Source: Octopus vulgaris (lineage: Eukaryota). From it: DNA of 64,000 bases. The stretch covers positions 90,892,001 through 90,956,000 of the forward strand of contig OX597821.1 in the NCBI GenBank assembly GCA_951406725.2. The letters run 5' to 3'. Shown piece after piece: positions 13,350-26,457 of this stretch (positions are counted from its first letter, which is position 1; each line of letters opens with the position of its first letter). Under the pieces are notes generated by a model. That model was given only the letters and a program-made list of their open reading frames with translations, was not told the origin of the DNA and searched no databases. Position numbers and translations under genes: made by a program.

Positions 13350-15040
13350 GGGTACAGGACGTCACTAACTGTTCAAACAACATAAAATACGTAAACAACG
13401 AGAAAAAATAGAGAATAGGTCAAGTAAACACAGGGAAAGGACCCTTCATCAGTTGTCGTCTGTCTATCTGCTCCTCATTTCGTGCATTCAATGATAAAGA
13501 AGATAAATTTACGCACTTTACACAGTTTTAATATATCCTATATTGTGTTTGTCGACCGGTTTCGCTTTCGCTAATCATAACACTGAAGTTATTGTAATTT
13601 CGTATTTTCTTAAGAAGATTTTAGTTCATGCTGTGTGTGAATTTTGTGAATGAATGATTCAACAAGTAGAAAAATATATGGGAGGTAATTGGGGATCGTT
13701 ATTATTGGGGACAGATGAAGTAATTGCTCATCTTTCGGAAAGGGGATAAATAAATATATATACGCAAAATCTCAAATGCTTAAGCTGTGAGATGAAATAT
13801 GTACAGTGATGGATATGTGATCATGAATTAAAATATATACTGAGATCAAAGTTTGTTATGCGTTCATATTTAGACGTGTTCTATACCTTTTGATGAAATT
13901 TTCCTTATTTAAACATTCTTGCATAAACATTGTTTCTGTGCACTGGTAGATGGGGAAAACTGTGAAGTTTGGTGAGATATTACCTGCACATCTCTTTATG
14001 TGTTCTCTCAAAGGAATCTTTCTGCATTGCAGGAACTGGATCTCTTCCTTATGTAGTGTGGTTCTCCATCTCAGTGTCATCCTTGTCTGTCCTATATAGT
14101 TATGTCCACAACCTGAGCAAGTTATAACATAAATTAGATTCTCGGAAGCACAAGTTTGTATAGGAATTCCGAGCATTCCAGTAGGTTGGGGCATGTTCTA
14201 AAGTTTGTGCGTCCATATTTTTAACCGTTGGTTTCGTGGTTGTTGTGTAAAGCTTCGCGTTTGCTAGAAGTCTTTTCAGTGATTTGTATTGCCTTTTGCA
14301 TTTGATGAATATATGTGTTTCAGAATGTTGCTCATTATTGAATCTCTAGTGAACTTAGGTAGATTTTGTACAATAGTGTTGTATGTTGCATTGTTTCTAG
14401 GGTTCTGAGTTGATATATACAGAAGTGTTTTGAGATGAGGTGTGGTGTTATGTTTTATTTCCCTTGGTGTTTTAATGTCTAATTTCTCAATTCCATCGTC
14501 TATAAGTGGAGGTGGATATTGTCCCTCAGTTAGTGTTGTTCTGAATTTTGAAGACGAAGGTCTCGAGTATTTCTGTCAGACAATATTGTGCAAATAGTGG
14601 CATGAGTTAAACAGGAGATATTACTTCCAGCCCGATGGTTCATGTTAGTTACAATTTGGTGGTTGACATTTTTATTATAATATCCAAGAAAAGGAGCTGT
14701 CCTTTGCTATATTCCATTGTAAATTGAATGTTAGAGTTTATATTATTTAGTATTTATTTAAATTCCAAAAGTTTATGAATAGTCTCCTTCCAAATGATAA
14801 AGCAGTTACCTAGGTGTCTTTTCCAGTCTTCTCTTGTATAATGGTGAAATGGATATGTATATTGTTGCAGAGACACTTCATATATGGTGAATTCAAAATA
14901 TCCAATTATTAGATTCGAAAGAACAAGAACTGCTTTCGTTGCCAACGCAGTTCCACATTTTTGACGATTGCAGGTGTCATCAAATAGGAAATAATTGTTC
15001 TGAAGTATAAATTATAAAGTTTTAATGAAGGCTAAGTAAA
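13350..15040 (-). mobile_element. Decayed Penelope-like element (Neptune-type) with 3' UTR/pseudo-LTR
   Basis: ORF 13856-14194 TCASENLIYVITCSGCGHNYIGQT..LRWRTTLH (GIY-YIG); ORF 14754-14945 ..WKRHLGNCFIIW (decayed RT motif); homologous to 9220-10570. Confidence 0.9.
13550..13582 (-). ncRNA. Decayed minimal hammerhead in the PLE 3' region
   Basis: Minus strand tgtt-ATGATTA-GC gaaa GC-GAAA-ccgg-TC-gaca; core has two changes from CTGATGA; palindromic ACCGGT stem III. Confidence 0.5.
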
Positions 15041-15173
15041 TCGAAACTTCGAAAGCACGATCAACATTCTTCGTTTTAAAGAATGATAAATATCTGTAAA
15101 ATGCTTTCAATAATCCGTCAGTTTAATGTAAAATTGTTTTATTATAAATTGACTTGGAAACAAGCGTGAACAG

Positions 15174-15175
<2 letters not shown>

Positions 15176-15204
<29 letters not shown>

Positions 15205-15600
15205 TGTATGTATGTATGTATGTATGTATGTATGTATGTATGTATGTATGTATGTATGTATGTATGCATGTATGTATGTATATATGTATGTATGTATGTA
15301 TGTATGTAAGTATGTATGTATGTATGTAGGTATGTATGTATGTATGTATGTATGCATGCATGCATGCATGTAAGTATGTATGTATGTATGTATGTATGTA
15401 TGTATGTATGCATGCATGCATGCATGTATGAATGTATGTATGTATGTATGTACGTATGTATGTATGTACGTATGTATGTATGTATGTATGTATGCATGCA
15501 TTATGCATGCATGCATGCATGTATGTATGTATGTATGTATGTATGCATGCATGCATGCATGTATGTATGTATGTATGTATGTATGTATGTATGTATGTAC
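15176..15600. repeat. ~425-bp (TATG)n/(CATG)n tetranucleotide microsatellite
   Basis: Direct inspection. Confidence 0.95.
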
Positions 15601-16367
15601 ATATGGAGGAGAGTGCTCTGGCTTTGTTCAACTTTTAATTTTATTGGAAAAAGAACTTGTATTCATTTTATTTTTATACTGTTATATTAAGTACGTAATG
15701 ACAGTAATCCTAAATCCATTAATTTTTCAAGGTATTTGGCTTCATTTTGTAATGACATTACAATTGTGAACTAGGTCTCAAAATATCATGCTAATAATGT
15801 TACAAACAATAACATCACCATCAGCGGATTTAAATTCGCTTAATGGTTACTTTCATAGTTTATTTTAACCACCTAAAAATGATTTTTATGCTGCAAAACC
15901 CAGCTTTACCTCTTCATTTGTCACTAAAATGTGTTTTGCCAGACTTAATAGCTGAGCTGTATAAGAATGTTTGTTGAGGGACTTTTGATTATGAGAAACT
16001 GAATAAAACATAATCCATGACAAGCACTCTTTAGAAAGTGAGATCATACTTATGATCTCACATAAGACAATTCAGAAAGCAATTAGTCTTTGGTGGACGC
16101 AAACTTTTGCAAAAGTCCGGAGCTAATCTAAGGGAGATCAGAATTAAGAAATACTTATTACGTTCTTTCCCTGAGCGGTCTATTTATTTTGAAATCCAGC
16201 ATAGTTTCACATAACCTTGTACATTCACATCCAAAATATAGACGAATAGCAACATTCATAGGTGGACCGCTTGAATAACTATGGATACCGTTTCCACATA
16301 AAATCATTGGTTGCCTTATTTATTCATAAATACAACTCATAAAAAAATACGTATTTGCGCACGTTCG

Positions 16368-16429
<62 letters not shown>

Positions 16430-16601
16430 TTAGCTGAGTTAGAGGTTAAAATACCGTCTAAGGGATAGAAGTATCCATTATACTGCCGGTATATTACCTA
16501 TGTTTAACGATAGGTATAAATATGTAAATTATAGGTAATACAAAGATAAATAAGTTTATCAAGAAAAATTTTTTGAAGAAAACAGGAAATGGAGAAATAT
16601 T

Positions 16602-16781
16602 CTTTCCTTTTCTACTTAAAAGGTCCAAAATTTTTGGGGAGAGGGTATTTAATTTATTGACCGCGAAAGGATGAAAGGCAAAGTCAACCTCGGCGGAATT
16701 TGAACTCAGAACGTAAAGACAGACAAAATACCGCTAAGCATTTTGCCCGCCGTGCTAACGTTTCTTCAAGCTCGTTGCCTT
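16602..16781 (-). mobile_element. SINE family A variant with TSD
   Basis: gaaaggatgaaaggcaaagtc.acctcggcggaatttgaactc; 15-bp TSD aaatggagaaatatt at 16587-16601 and 16785-16799. Confidence 0.85.
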
Positions 16782-16899
16782 AGAAAATGGAGAAATATTG
16801 ATGAGCAGCAATTGACTTACACCATTTAATATTTATTTATTCAATTCAAATAGACTACATCCCTTTTAACAGCTGTTTCTGCTTACAATGTTGTACGGT

Positions 16900-17670
16900 A
16901 TTGCCATTGATATGTTAAAAATATTTATCATATTTGGTAATAAAACTCTTCATTACCCACATTCGTGTAAGTTCGTCTTTTCGTACCTTGTACCTTTGAA
17001 TCTTTTTCAGGTCTTTGTCGCTTCCTCGTGCATTTCTAGCAGATATGGCAATATCTATGATCTTCGTTTCCTTCTTCCTTTTATCCACTAAACAATATCC
17101 GGTCTCAAGCATCAATCTCTGAGTCACACTGGATCGCAAAATCCTATAACATCTTATACTCGTTATACTAGGTAACGCCTCCTGATCTATGTTCAGACGA
17201 ATTTTATATTCTTTTGGGGAGAGGGTTTTTAATTTATTGACCGCGAAAGGATGAAAGGCAAAGTCGACCTCGGCGGAATTTGAACTCAGAACGTAAAGAC
17301 AGACAAAATACCGCTAAGCATTTTGCCCACCGTGCTAACGTTTCTTCAAGCTCGTTGCCTTAGAAAATGGAGAAATATTGATGAGCAGCAATTGAGACTA
17401 TACTTCTCACACACTCCACTGAACAAATTTAACCGGTTATTTTACCTACTTTCGTATTTTTTTGTGGTGGAGCAGCATCCTACAAAGAGGCAATTCACAG
17501 CACTTATCAGTTTGAAAATTTGTCTAATTAGTTCTCAGAGCTTGTTCCTTATCAGCGCATATCAATGCCTTCCAGATTTTCCTCAGTCAATCTCAGGTGT
17601 TGTTCTTGTCTTTCACTTCGATTTCTCTGAGGTATTGCCCAAGCATCATTTTCATTTCCCAATTGTTCAG
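16900..17670 (-). mobile_element. R4/Dong-type (restriction-like endonuclease) LINE C-terminal fragment, decayed and interrupted
   Basis: Minus strand ALICADKEQALRTN (cf. LIxAAQEQALRT) and LVDKRKKETKIIDIAI..KKIQRY..DELTRMW (RLE domain). Confidence 0.7.
17212..17395 (-). repeat. Local ~184-bp duplicate of 16632-16815 (SINE plus flank)
   Basis: Near-identical sequence at an offset of 580 bp. Confidence 0.9.
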
Positions 17671-17696
17671 ACTACACACGCAAACACACACACACA

Positions 17697-17735
<39 letters not shown>

Positions 17736-17800
17736 ACACACACACATCGTCAGTAAATCACAAATCCGGAAGAGAAGCAGATTCTAAATTACAGAGTATT

Positions 17801-17965
17801 TAGATAAAGATAGTCATAACCGGTCTATGGGGCTACTCAGGCTTTCGCGTCCAGGAAACACTTAGCTTTACAACGTCTCGTCAGACGAGACATTGTAAAG
17901 CTAACTGCTTTATAGATGCGAAACCCTGGGTAACTCCATAGACCGGCCGTAACTATTTTTATCTA
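17801..17965. repeat. 165-bp fold-back palindrome (82-bp arms, 1-nt loop)
   Basis: Arms align without gaps around 17883, about 16 mismatches, mostly transitions. Confidence 0.9.
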
Positions 17966-17999
17966 TCCATCTATCCGTCTATCTGTCGACACACACATG

Positions 18000-18035
<36 letters not shown>

Positions 18036-18065
18036 TGTATGTATGTATGTATGTATGTATGTATG

Positions 18066-18119
<54 letters not shown>

Positions 18120-19309
18120 TGTATATGTGTGTGTGTGTGTGTATCACAATATGGAAGAGTGGTAAAAGCAGAGTTAACGAAAGAGGCCTGCAGTCAGAAG
18201 GCATCTAAACATATTTGTGAGTCTTAACGAAACTCGAAGGTTACAGACTCATTATAAGACCTGTGCCCAGTAAAAGGCACAGAAGCAAAGGGCATGAGAT
18301 TGGTGATGCCTATTTGCTGTATTTGTTGAAGTAAAAAGAGGAAGCGCACTTTAGAGCTGATTACCAAAGAACTCGGAAGATGAAACAATAACAAGGTGGA
18401 CGAAAATATAGAGTGACTAAAAATATTGAACCAATCAAAGCTCTACGGGATAGTAAAGAACATATCTTTAGGTCTATTATCGTTAATAGATGAGCAAATA
18501 TTTCATCTCGCAACAGTACCAACCTGCAGTAGTACACTTTCATTGTGCGATGAGGAAATGATAAATACGGATGAAAGGGAAAAAGAGAAAAAATCACAGA
18601 AAAATGACTTGAGAAAACAAAATCAGGTTAGAAGGAAAAATTCCTTGTAAGCAATAACGATATCCCCTCATCCTTCAGGAAGAAAATGCAGATGTTGAAG
18701 TTGAACTAACAAAGTAATGTATATATGGTACCAAATGTTCTCCGAAGAAACTAATAATTACAATAAAATATAAACAACATGCAAAAGATAGATTACTTGT
18801 AAGTTTAAAACTGAGATATTATATGAAGCTTACGAATAAAATAACTTCAAAATGCTGGTGCTTTTCAACACCAAATGTCGCGAAATAATATTTCCTGGAG
18901 CATTCGGTTCCATTCAAACACAAATGTAAGAAATAATCGGGTTAACAGAGTCGTAGAGTGCTTAACTCAACTCAGCTAGAAAACTTTTCGGCTCTTATTC
19001 GTTTAAAATGTATTTTGTTTTAATTATTGTGTTTTTTGTACATTTTATATATTCTCATACAAATGCGTGTGTATACATATATATGTACATATGTAAGTAT
19101 ATGTACGTGCACTTGTGTATATTCGTTCTTGTATGTGTGTACCATTAAGTTTCCTTATACTTCCTTCCATATATTGTGTGGTGCCTCTTCCTTTCTCCGT
19201 AATTTTGAAACGTTTGTGTAGGTTTCATATTCCAAGTATCCATTTTTCTGTAGCCTTTAGTGAAAGTTTCATACACCTGAACCTCTTCGAGTCCGTGTAA
19301 CTAATAAAT

Positions 19310-19715
19310 ATTATCGTTAGCATGCCGGATACAACGCTTAGCGGCATTTCTTATGACTTTACATCTTGAGTTCAAATACTACCGAGGTCAACTTTGATTT
19401 TCATTCCCCACTTAAGGCCGATAAGACCCAGTTGAGCACTAGGTTCAGTATAATTCACTAGCCTCCTCACTTAAAAAAATTTCAGACCTTGTGCCTAAAG
19501 TAGAAAGGAAAAGACGATATTCTAGGAGAATTGTTAGCACACTAGGCAAAAGCTTAGCGGCATTTCGTCCGTCCTTATATTCTGAGTTCAAATTCTGCTG
19601 AGGTCAACTTTGCCTTTAGTCATTTGGGGGTCCATAAAATAAGTACCAGTTGAAGTACTGGGGCCGATGTAACTGGCTTGCTCTTTCCACAGAAATTACT
19701 GGCTTAGTGTCTATT
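19310..19715 (+). mobile_element. Two adjacent degenerate SINE family A copies
   Basis: gcttagcggcatttc..gagttcaaat..gaggtcaacttt occurs twice. Confidence 0.75.
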
Positions 19716-19719
19716 ATTA

Positions 19720-20030
19720 TTTTATTGTCTTTGCACAGCTGGAGATGTACTACGGTGTCAGCTGTTCACTACCAGTGAACTAAGGTAACACCTCTTATTT
19801 TTCAATCACAATCCGGAGTATTCGAGCAGTTCTAAGCAGTGCTGTTTTCTGCAAGTGCTCCACCCTTATTGTAGTCCCAATTTGTTCCAAGATTTTTAAT
19901 CACTTTTCCCAGGGCTCCGACAATTATGGATACTACTACCACCTTTCTCAGCAACCATAACTGCTTAACCTCCCAGCCTAACCTGTTATATCTATTCAAT
20001 TTTCTTTCTTCCTTATCACACACCTTGTTG
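19720..20030 (-). mobile_element. R4/Dong-type LINE 3' end beside (TAA)n
   Basis: KEERKLNRYNRLGWEVKQLW..KVVVVSIIVGALG and LQKTALLRTARILR-like ending; flanked by ATT/TAA tracts, the known Dong target. Confidence 0.75.
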
Positions 20031-20050
20031 TCAGATGTGTGGCATCATAC

Positions 20051-20218
<168 letters not shown>

Positions 20219-20220
20219 TA

Positions 20221-20450
20221 AGGCGGCGAGCTGGCAGATTCGTTTGCATGCTGGACGAAATGCTACGCAGTATTTCGCCCGGCGCTCCGTTCTGAGTTCA
20301 AAATCTGCTGAGGTCGACTTTGCCTTTCATCCTTTCGGGATCGATAGATTAAGTACCAGTTGTGTACTGCAGACGATCTAATCGACAAGCCTCTTCCCCC
20401 AAAATTTCAGGCCTTGTGCTTATAGTAGACAGGATTATTATTATTATTGT
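20221..20450 (+). mobile_element. SINE family A with (ATT)n tail
   Basis: aggcggcgagctggcag..ctgagttcaaaa..gcctttcatcctttcgggatcgatag. Confidence 0.85.
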
Positions 20451-21589
20451 TGTTGTTGTTACTACTATTCATTGCTTGTTATTCACTAAGTGTAAAGAGA
20501 TGTGTCTGGCAAGTTTACATTTGTAATATGAAGCTGTTGCAATTTAAGACTTTGCTATAAAATTCTCTTTAACACTGAATTAGAAACTGCAGAAATGCAA
20601 AAGTTTGAAAATCAAAAGCATAATGTGAAAACCAGGCAGCTGTTTCAAACAACAATCTGAAACAGTGGAAACTTATGGATGCAAGATTGAAGGACCATCA
20701 GAAGCTACGAAGTAACAAAGATATTACGATGAAAATACCCTTTCAGTACACTTTACTGATTTCATTGATCAGAATGTTATTTACATGAAAATCTGAACAG
20801 CAATATTTATGTGAAGAAGAATATAAATTTTTCAGACAATTAGCTTCATATTTTTGAGTTGTGTACGTAGTAGATAATACATAGTATCTAGGAATACGAC
20901 ACCTGATGACAATCAGAGATCAAAATCATCAAAACAAAACGTAGATATAAACTTAAAAAGTATTTTCATAGCTAAAGATGAGGTTTATAGTCTAAAAAAA
21001 ATTATAATCTTGTTGTCAACAACTTATGTCTGACATACAGACGGTGAATTCAGTTGATTATTGAAAATTTGATTTTGCTTCTAGTTTCCAGATATCTATT
21101 ATTTTTAGCCGTAAGTTTCTTTAAATATGAGTGTCTTTTTCGGCCACAGTAGTTCAGTTCTTGATAAAAACTCTTTGACATTTACTAGGTCTTGTTTTGC
21201 AATGCTACATTTAGAACAGGGAGCAACTTGGACTTTCTCATTTTCATAGGATTTGTGGTTTTGTCAATAAATTGTTCACGTGGTGGTTGAAGTTGAAGCA
21301 TAAGTTGAAAATTGTTCCAGATATATTGCACCTGCCTGAAGATGGCTGATCAGTCATATGATATGCAAAAATATAAGATGGTTATCTTCGTAATTCTTAG
21401 GATGCATAATTTGGAGGTAAAAACCACTAAATAGCAGTGGGGGTGTAAAGAAAAGTGATTTATGATACAGTGTTTTTCCAGTTCTTTGAGTAACTTTACC
21501 CTACCCACCAGAACATTCGATGTTGTTGAGGATTTGACTTATGTTACATTACATATAGTACTTTCACATTATTTTGCTTCAATGGAAAA

Positions 21590-21850
21590 TTCTATTGAAG
21601 AGATTTGCATGCAGGGTCTTTTCCAGCAATGTCTTTGAGCACATCTGTAACCAAGGCAAAATACTTCCAAGTTGCTCTAACTCTATACGAGATTTCAGCA
21701 CTTGTGAATTGGTATTTAATGTGTCACAAATTGATCAACTCATTCACCTCCTCAAATTCAACCATTCTAACCATTATTCAAACATCGCTATTCTCAAAGA
21801 CATTGTGCTCTTCATGAAAGATCCAGATCCTCTGCAGACCAGCTGACTGT
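21590..21850 (-). mobile_element. RTE LINE RT C-terminal fragment, decayed
   Basis: Minus strand EFEEVNEL..SAEISYRVRATWKYF. Confidence 0.5.
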
Positions 21851-21989
21851 GTGAGACAGGCATGCACACTTTTACTTGTATGTGTGTGCTTGAATATCTA
21901 TTATATGAATACAGAAGTTTTGATTTGATGATGGTAAATAAGCTGAATCTCTGATGTCACAGAAATAAATAGGAAAATAAACACATTTC

Positions 21990-22520
21990 TTCCATGGTTT
22001 TGATTTATGAAGGGTAGGTGCTCAGAATGTACAAAAGTGAGAGTGAGAACAGGTTGGAGAAACTCCAAGAAACTAATAGTATTGCTGCTGGCAGTAAAGT
22101 TCTTCTCCTTTAGTGTAAAAGGCAGATTGTACATCATTTTTGTTAGGTTTGCATAGTAGAGAAAGCATAGGCATTCAAGACTGAGAAACTAAAAAGACTG
22201 GAAAGAAGTGATGCCAGCTTGCCCCATCGGCTGTGTAACATACTGGAAAGCACAAAAACACTGAGAAAAAACTGGGCATTAAGAGTAATAAATTCTAGTG
22301 TGCAAGAAATAAGACTGTGCTTGTATGGATATGTGATGTGCATTTATGAGGATAGCAGCACCATCTTCCACAAACTATATTAGTTTGTGGAAGATGGTGA
22401 TCCAGAAAGACATGAAACAAAGTTCTTAAGGCTGATATCTGGATCTTGGATGTCAAGGAGGAGATGACAAGGAACCGTGATGACTGGCAATATGTGGTTC
22501 TTGAGAAGACTACCACAAAT
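21990..22520 (+). mobile_element. RTE LINE 3' ORF fragment, decayed
   Basis: RVRTGWRN..VKGRLY..MTRNRDDWQYVVLEKT; homologous to 42370-42600. Confidence 0.65.
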
Positions 22521-22736
22521 AACTATGCAGAATTATAATATATCGCAACATGGTCTAACATAGAATATAAAAAATGTATACATACATACATCAATATCAT
22601 CGTCATCATCATCATCATCATCAGCAGCATCATCTTCTTCATCCTCATCATCCTCATCGTATAATATCCTTTTTCTATACTGGCATGGGTTGGACAGTTT
22701 GACAGGAGCTGGTAAGGCTTGGGCCACACCAGGCTC

Positions 22737-22838
<102 letters not shown>

Positions 22839-22869
22839 ATAGAGTACATGGAGAGAGAAACAGACCATA

Positions 22870-22924
<55 letters not shown>

Positions 22925-22993
22925 AATTAGAGACAAAACCACTATTATGCAAATCAAACAAAAAGTTTGGATTTATTCCCTAATATTTATTAT

Positions 22994-23024
<31 letters not shown>

Positions 23025-23701
23025 ACCCATAGAGTGATGGATCAAAAATTTGTATCTTCTCAATACAGTACACAAAGGACATGACCATACTAGGTCCATC
23101 AATCAATTTAGTTAGGTCGATATATAGAAGTTCATAACTATACTTTGGTGTTTACATAAATTTGTCAAAAAATGTGTGCGTTTGTGCATGTGTGTGCGTG
23201 TGTGTGCGTGTGCATGTGCACCGAGACGTATGGTCGTTATAAAATTACTGAGTTAACTGTCATCTAATTATATTTCAATCAGTTTCCATGTAGTCATTTC
23301 TATTTGTCTATATATCAAACTATATACACAGGAGAGCTTGTATCTGTCTGCAAATCAATGACTAACTACTGAGACTAGAGAGACTCTGATAGATAGATTC
23401 TTGATTTCTAAAAACTAAATTCAATACTCGAGAGATTGTATTTCTTTAAGTTTGTTCAAATGAAACATTATTCATAATTGATCAGATTTCCAAGAATCTT
23501 AGGTCATTCTTAAGTAGTTCAGATAGTGGAACTTGTCTCAGAGATTGTTCTGGTTTTCACATTATACTCTGTTTTAAATTTGACTTTGAAATCTGAAATA
23601 ATAATGTTTGTTTTTTTTCTAAATAAACCAGTGTGAATGGGAATTTAAACTTTTCTGCTCCCCACTATTCTCTTCCTCTCTCTTTTCATTTCTCACCCTC
23701 C

Positions 23702-23733
<32 letters not shown>

Positions 23734-24845
23734 ATTTATCTATCCATCTCTTTGTTTTGCTTTCTCTGAATAGCCATTAGCTGCTCTCAAGCTGTTTTCA
23801 TCTAATTTACCCTCTCTTTCTTCTTTTTAGCCTTCTTCACTATGACCACAATTTTGTAAACTCGCAATGCAATGCATTTTACAAATACATACATAGACAC
23901 ATACATAAAGACAGCCAGAGAGACAGGTAGACAGAAAGATAAATAGATATACACACATTCATATATGCATATGTGCATATACACACTCATACACACACAC
24001 ATATATATATGTATGTATGTATGTATGTATATATATATATATATATACATATATATATCTATATATCTATATCTAAATAAATGTAGATATATAGATATAT
24101 AGATGCACACAAATACACACACCTGTATATGTACATACATATAAAAAATGCACTGTGCATTGAATTTAATTATAGAAATGTCCTCTAAATGTATATATGT
24201 ATTTGTGTCATCATCATTTAATGTCCATTGATGGTGCCACACATGCATATACACATATAGAGGATATTTCTATAATTAAATTCTAATGCACATTGCATTT
24301 TTTATATGTGTGTACATATGAATATATGCATGGGATAACTAAAGGCATATAAATCTCATTAAGCACATCTTAATTTAAGTTATTAGGGTCATGGCCAATG
24401 ACATTATGAAATAAATAAATAAATAAATAGATAAATAAATAGATAAATAAATAAATAAATGGAAAGAATGAATGCTGAATATACCTTCATAAAGCTAATA
24501 TGCATATATTCAACTTAACTTGGACTTCAAGGGTTTTTAGAAGTTTCTATAACAACTTGCTTATGGAGTCAATATAGAATGAGAGAGGAAACACTGATGA
24601 CTTGACTAGAACAAGTTGAATATTAAACTACTGGAATATACAAAGTGTAGGAAATAAGAGCTTTTGTAAAAAATCAAACACATCCCGTTTTAAGAAGTAG
24701 TTAAAATATATTCTGAGTACTCTTCATTTGCTGGTGCTATGACAAATGACTGGAGTAACAAAGGAAAATAAATAAATGAAAGACCGCTGAATCGTGAATG
24801 TTGAACTTAGAAGATTGGGCCTCTAGCCAAGCCTTCTGTGATACC

Positions 24846-25076
24846 TATTTCTTTACTACCCACAAGGGGCTAAACATAGAAGGGACAAACAAGGATAGAC
24901 AAAGGGATTAAGTCGATTACATTGACTCCAGTGCGTAACTGGTACTTAATTTATCGACCCCGAAAGGATGAAAGGCAAAGTCGACCTTGGCGGAATTTGA
25001 ACTCAGAACGTAACGACTGACGAAATACAGCTAGGCATTTCACCCGGCGCACTAACGTATCTGCCAGCTCGCCGCC
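24846..25076 (-). mobile_element. SINE family A, full length with TSD
   Basis: Reverse complement of the 1263 copy; TSD ttctgtgatacc on both sides. Confidence 0.9.
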
Positions 25077-25173
25077 TTCTGTGATACCCTTAAAGCTAGG
25101 ATCTTTTCAGCATCTCCTTGTGTACACATATATATTGATAGATAGTCATAAATATATGTATAGAGATATACAA

Positions 25174-25440
25174 GGGCATATGGCATAGTGGTTAAGAGCG
25201 CAGGCTACTAACCCCAAGATTCCGAGTTCGATTCCAGGCAGTGACCTTAATGATAATAATAATAATAATAATAACATCAAAAATGAAATATGCCTTAGGA
25301 ATGAGAACCCAGGTTCAAAATTTCCCCAAGACATCTGATGAAGGTTGGAGGGTATATCAGTTGAAATGTTGTGCTAACAACAAACAAGATGAGGACAAAT
25401 ATCCGTCAAATATAAATAATGTAAATAATGTAAATAAGAT
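25174..25440 (+). mobile_element. tRNA-headed element with (AAT)n spacer and a hammerhead-bearing PLE-type tail
   Basis: A-box tggcatagtgg and B-box gagttcgattcc (25174-25246); (AAT)n; gacat-CTGATGA-a-ggttg..cagtt-GAAA-tg-TT-gtgct at 25330-25375. Confidence 0.75.
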
Positions 25441-26182
25441 ATACACATGTATGTACATATGTCTATGTGTGTACATGTGTTTGTATGTATGAATGTGTAC
25501 TAACTTACATATGTATCTATATTGCTATTCATGCAAAAACAATGTAAATTTTATAGTAAAATATCTACACCAATACTGGAAAGGAGATATGCTGTTGGCA
25601 TCTTTCTGTGGAAGGAGAAATGAGAAGTTCTCAAGAGAACTGCAAGAAGTTTCTTGAAGTTACAATTAAGATTGGTTAATTACTGTAAAAGAACTAATTA
25701 GTTACTATTCTTAATTGGTATGATTCAGTTTGCTTTCACCTATTTTTACTTTGTTTTTAATTTTTTTTTGGATGTTCATTAACAAGAGTTACCGTTACTG
25801 TTTTTTTTTGTTTTTGTTTTTTGATTTATCAGGAATGTAAGTGCATCTGTAATATCTTAGTGAACTAAGTTGTACATACCAGTTGAAACAGTTAGTCTTC
25901 AGTCATAATTTCTCATTAGATGCTAACAATTTTTGCAGAGAAAAATACGTTTGAAAGAATTTCATATTTTATAGTTATTGTAGTCTTAGAAGTAAATTCC
26001 AAGATACTAATAAATCATGAACGCATAGGAATTCAGGTCGGTCAACAAAATACTGATGTTTGGTAAGAACATGTCTCGAATTTTAGTTTGTTTTACTAAA
26101 ATATTCACTAAATTTGGTTTATCACCAACTTAGAAGTTTTCAAGTTAAGAAAGGTTTGGTAAATGATATAGAAAAGTCTCCA

Positions 26183-26457
26183 TTATCATCATCATAATCA
26201 TCATAATCATCATCATCATCGTCACCATTATTGTTATTGTTACCAACATCGTCATCATCATCATCACCATTGTCGTCATCATCGTCATAATCATCATCAC
26301 ATCATTACCATAATCACCATCACCACCATCATCATTGTCATTGTTGTCATCATCATCATCATCGTCGTCGTCATCATCATCATCATCATTGCCATCATCA
26401 TCATCATTACCATTGCCGTTGTCATCATCATCATCACCATCACCACCATCATCATTT
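26183..26457. repeat. Degenerate (CAT)n microsatellite, probably an expanded RTE tail
   Basis: Direct inspection; followed by ttaatgtcca..tgcccttcct. Confidence 0.8.

Noticed and set aside
15107-15769. Long ORFs such as [22 protein letters not shown] and poly-Arg/Ser/Leu throughout the ORF track
   Set aside because: Stop-free translations of microsatellites; no coding evidence
23831-23855. Possible small exon after a strong branch point and pyrimidine tract
   Set aside because: Donor gtaaac is weak and the tract adjoins a (CT)n microsatellite
25174-25246. Functional tRNA gene (also the SINE heads at 34990, 40730, 55346 and 62900)
   Set aside because: Acceptor and T stems are imperfect and each is fused to a repeat body
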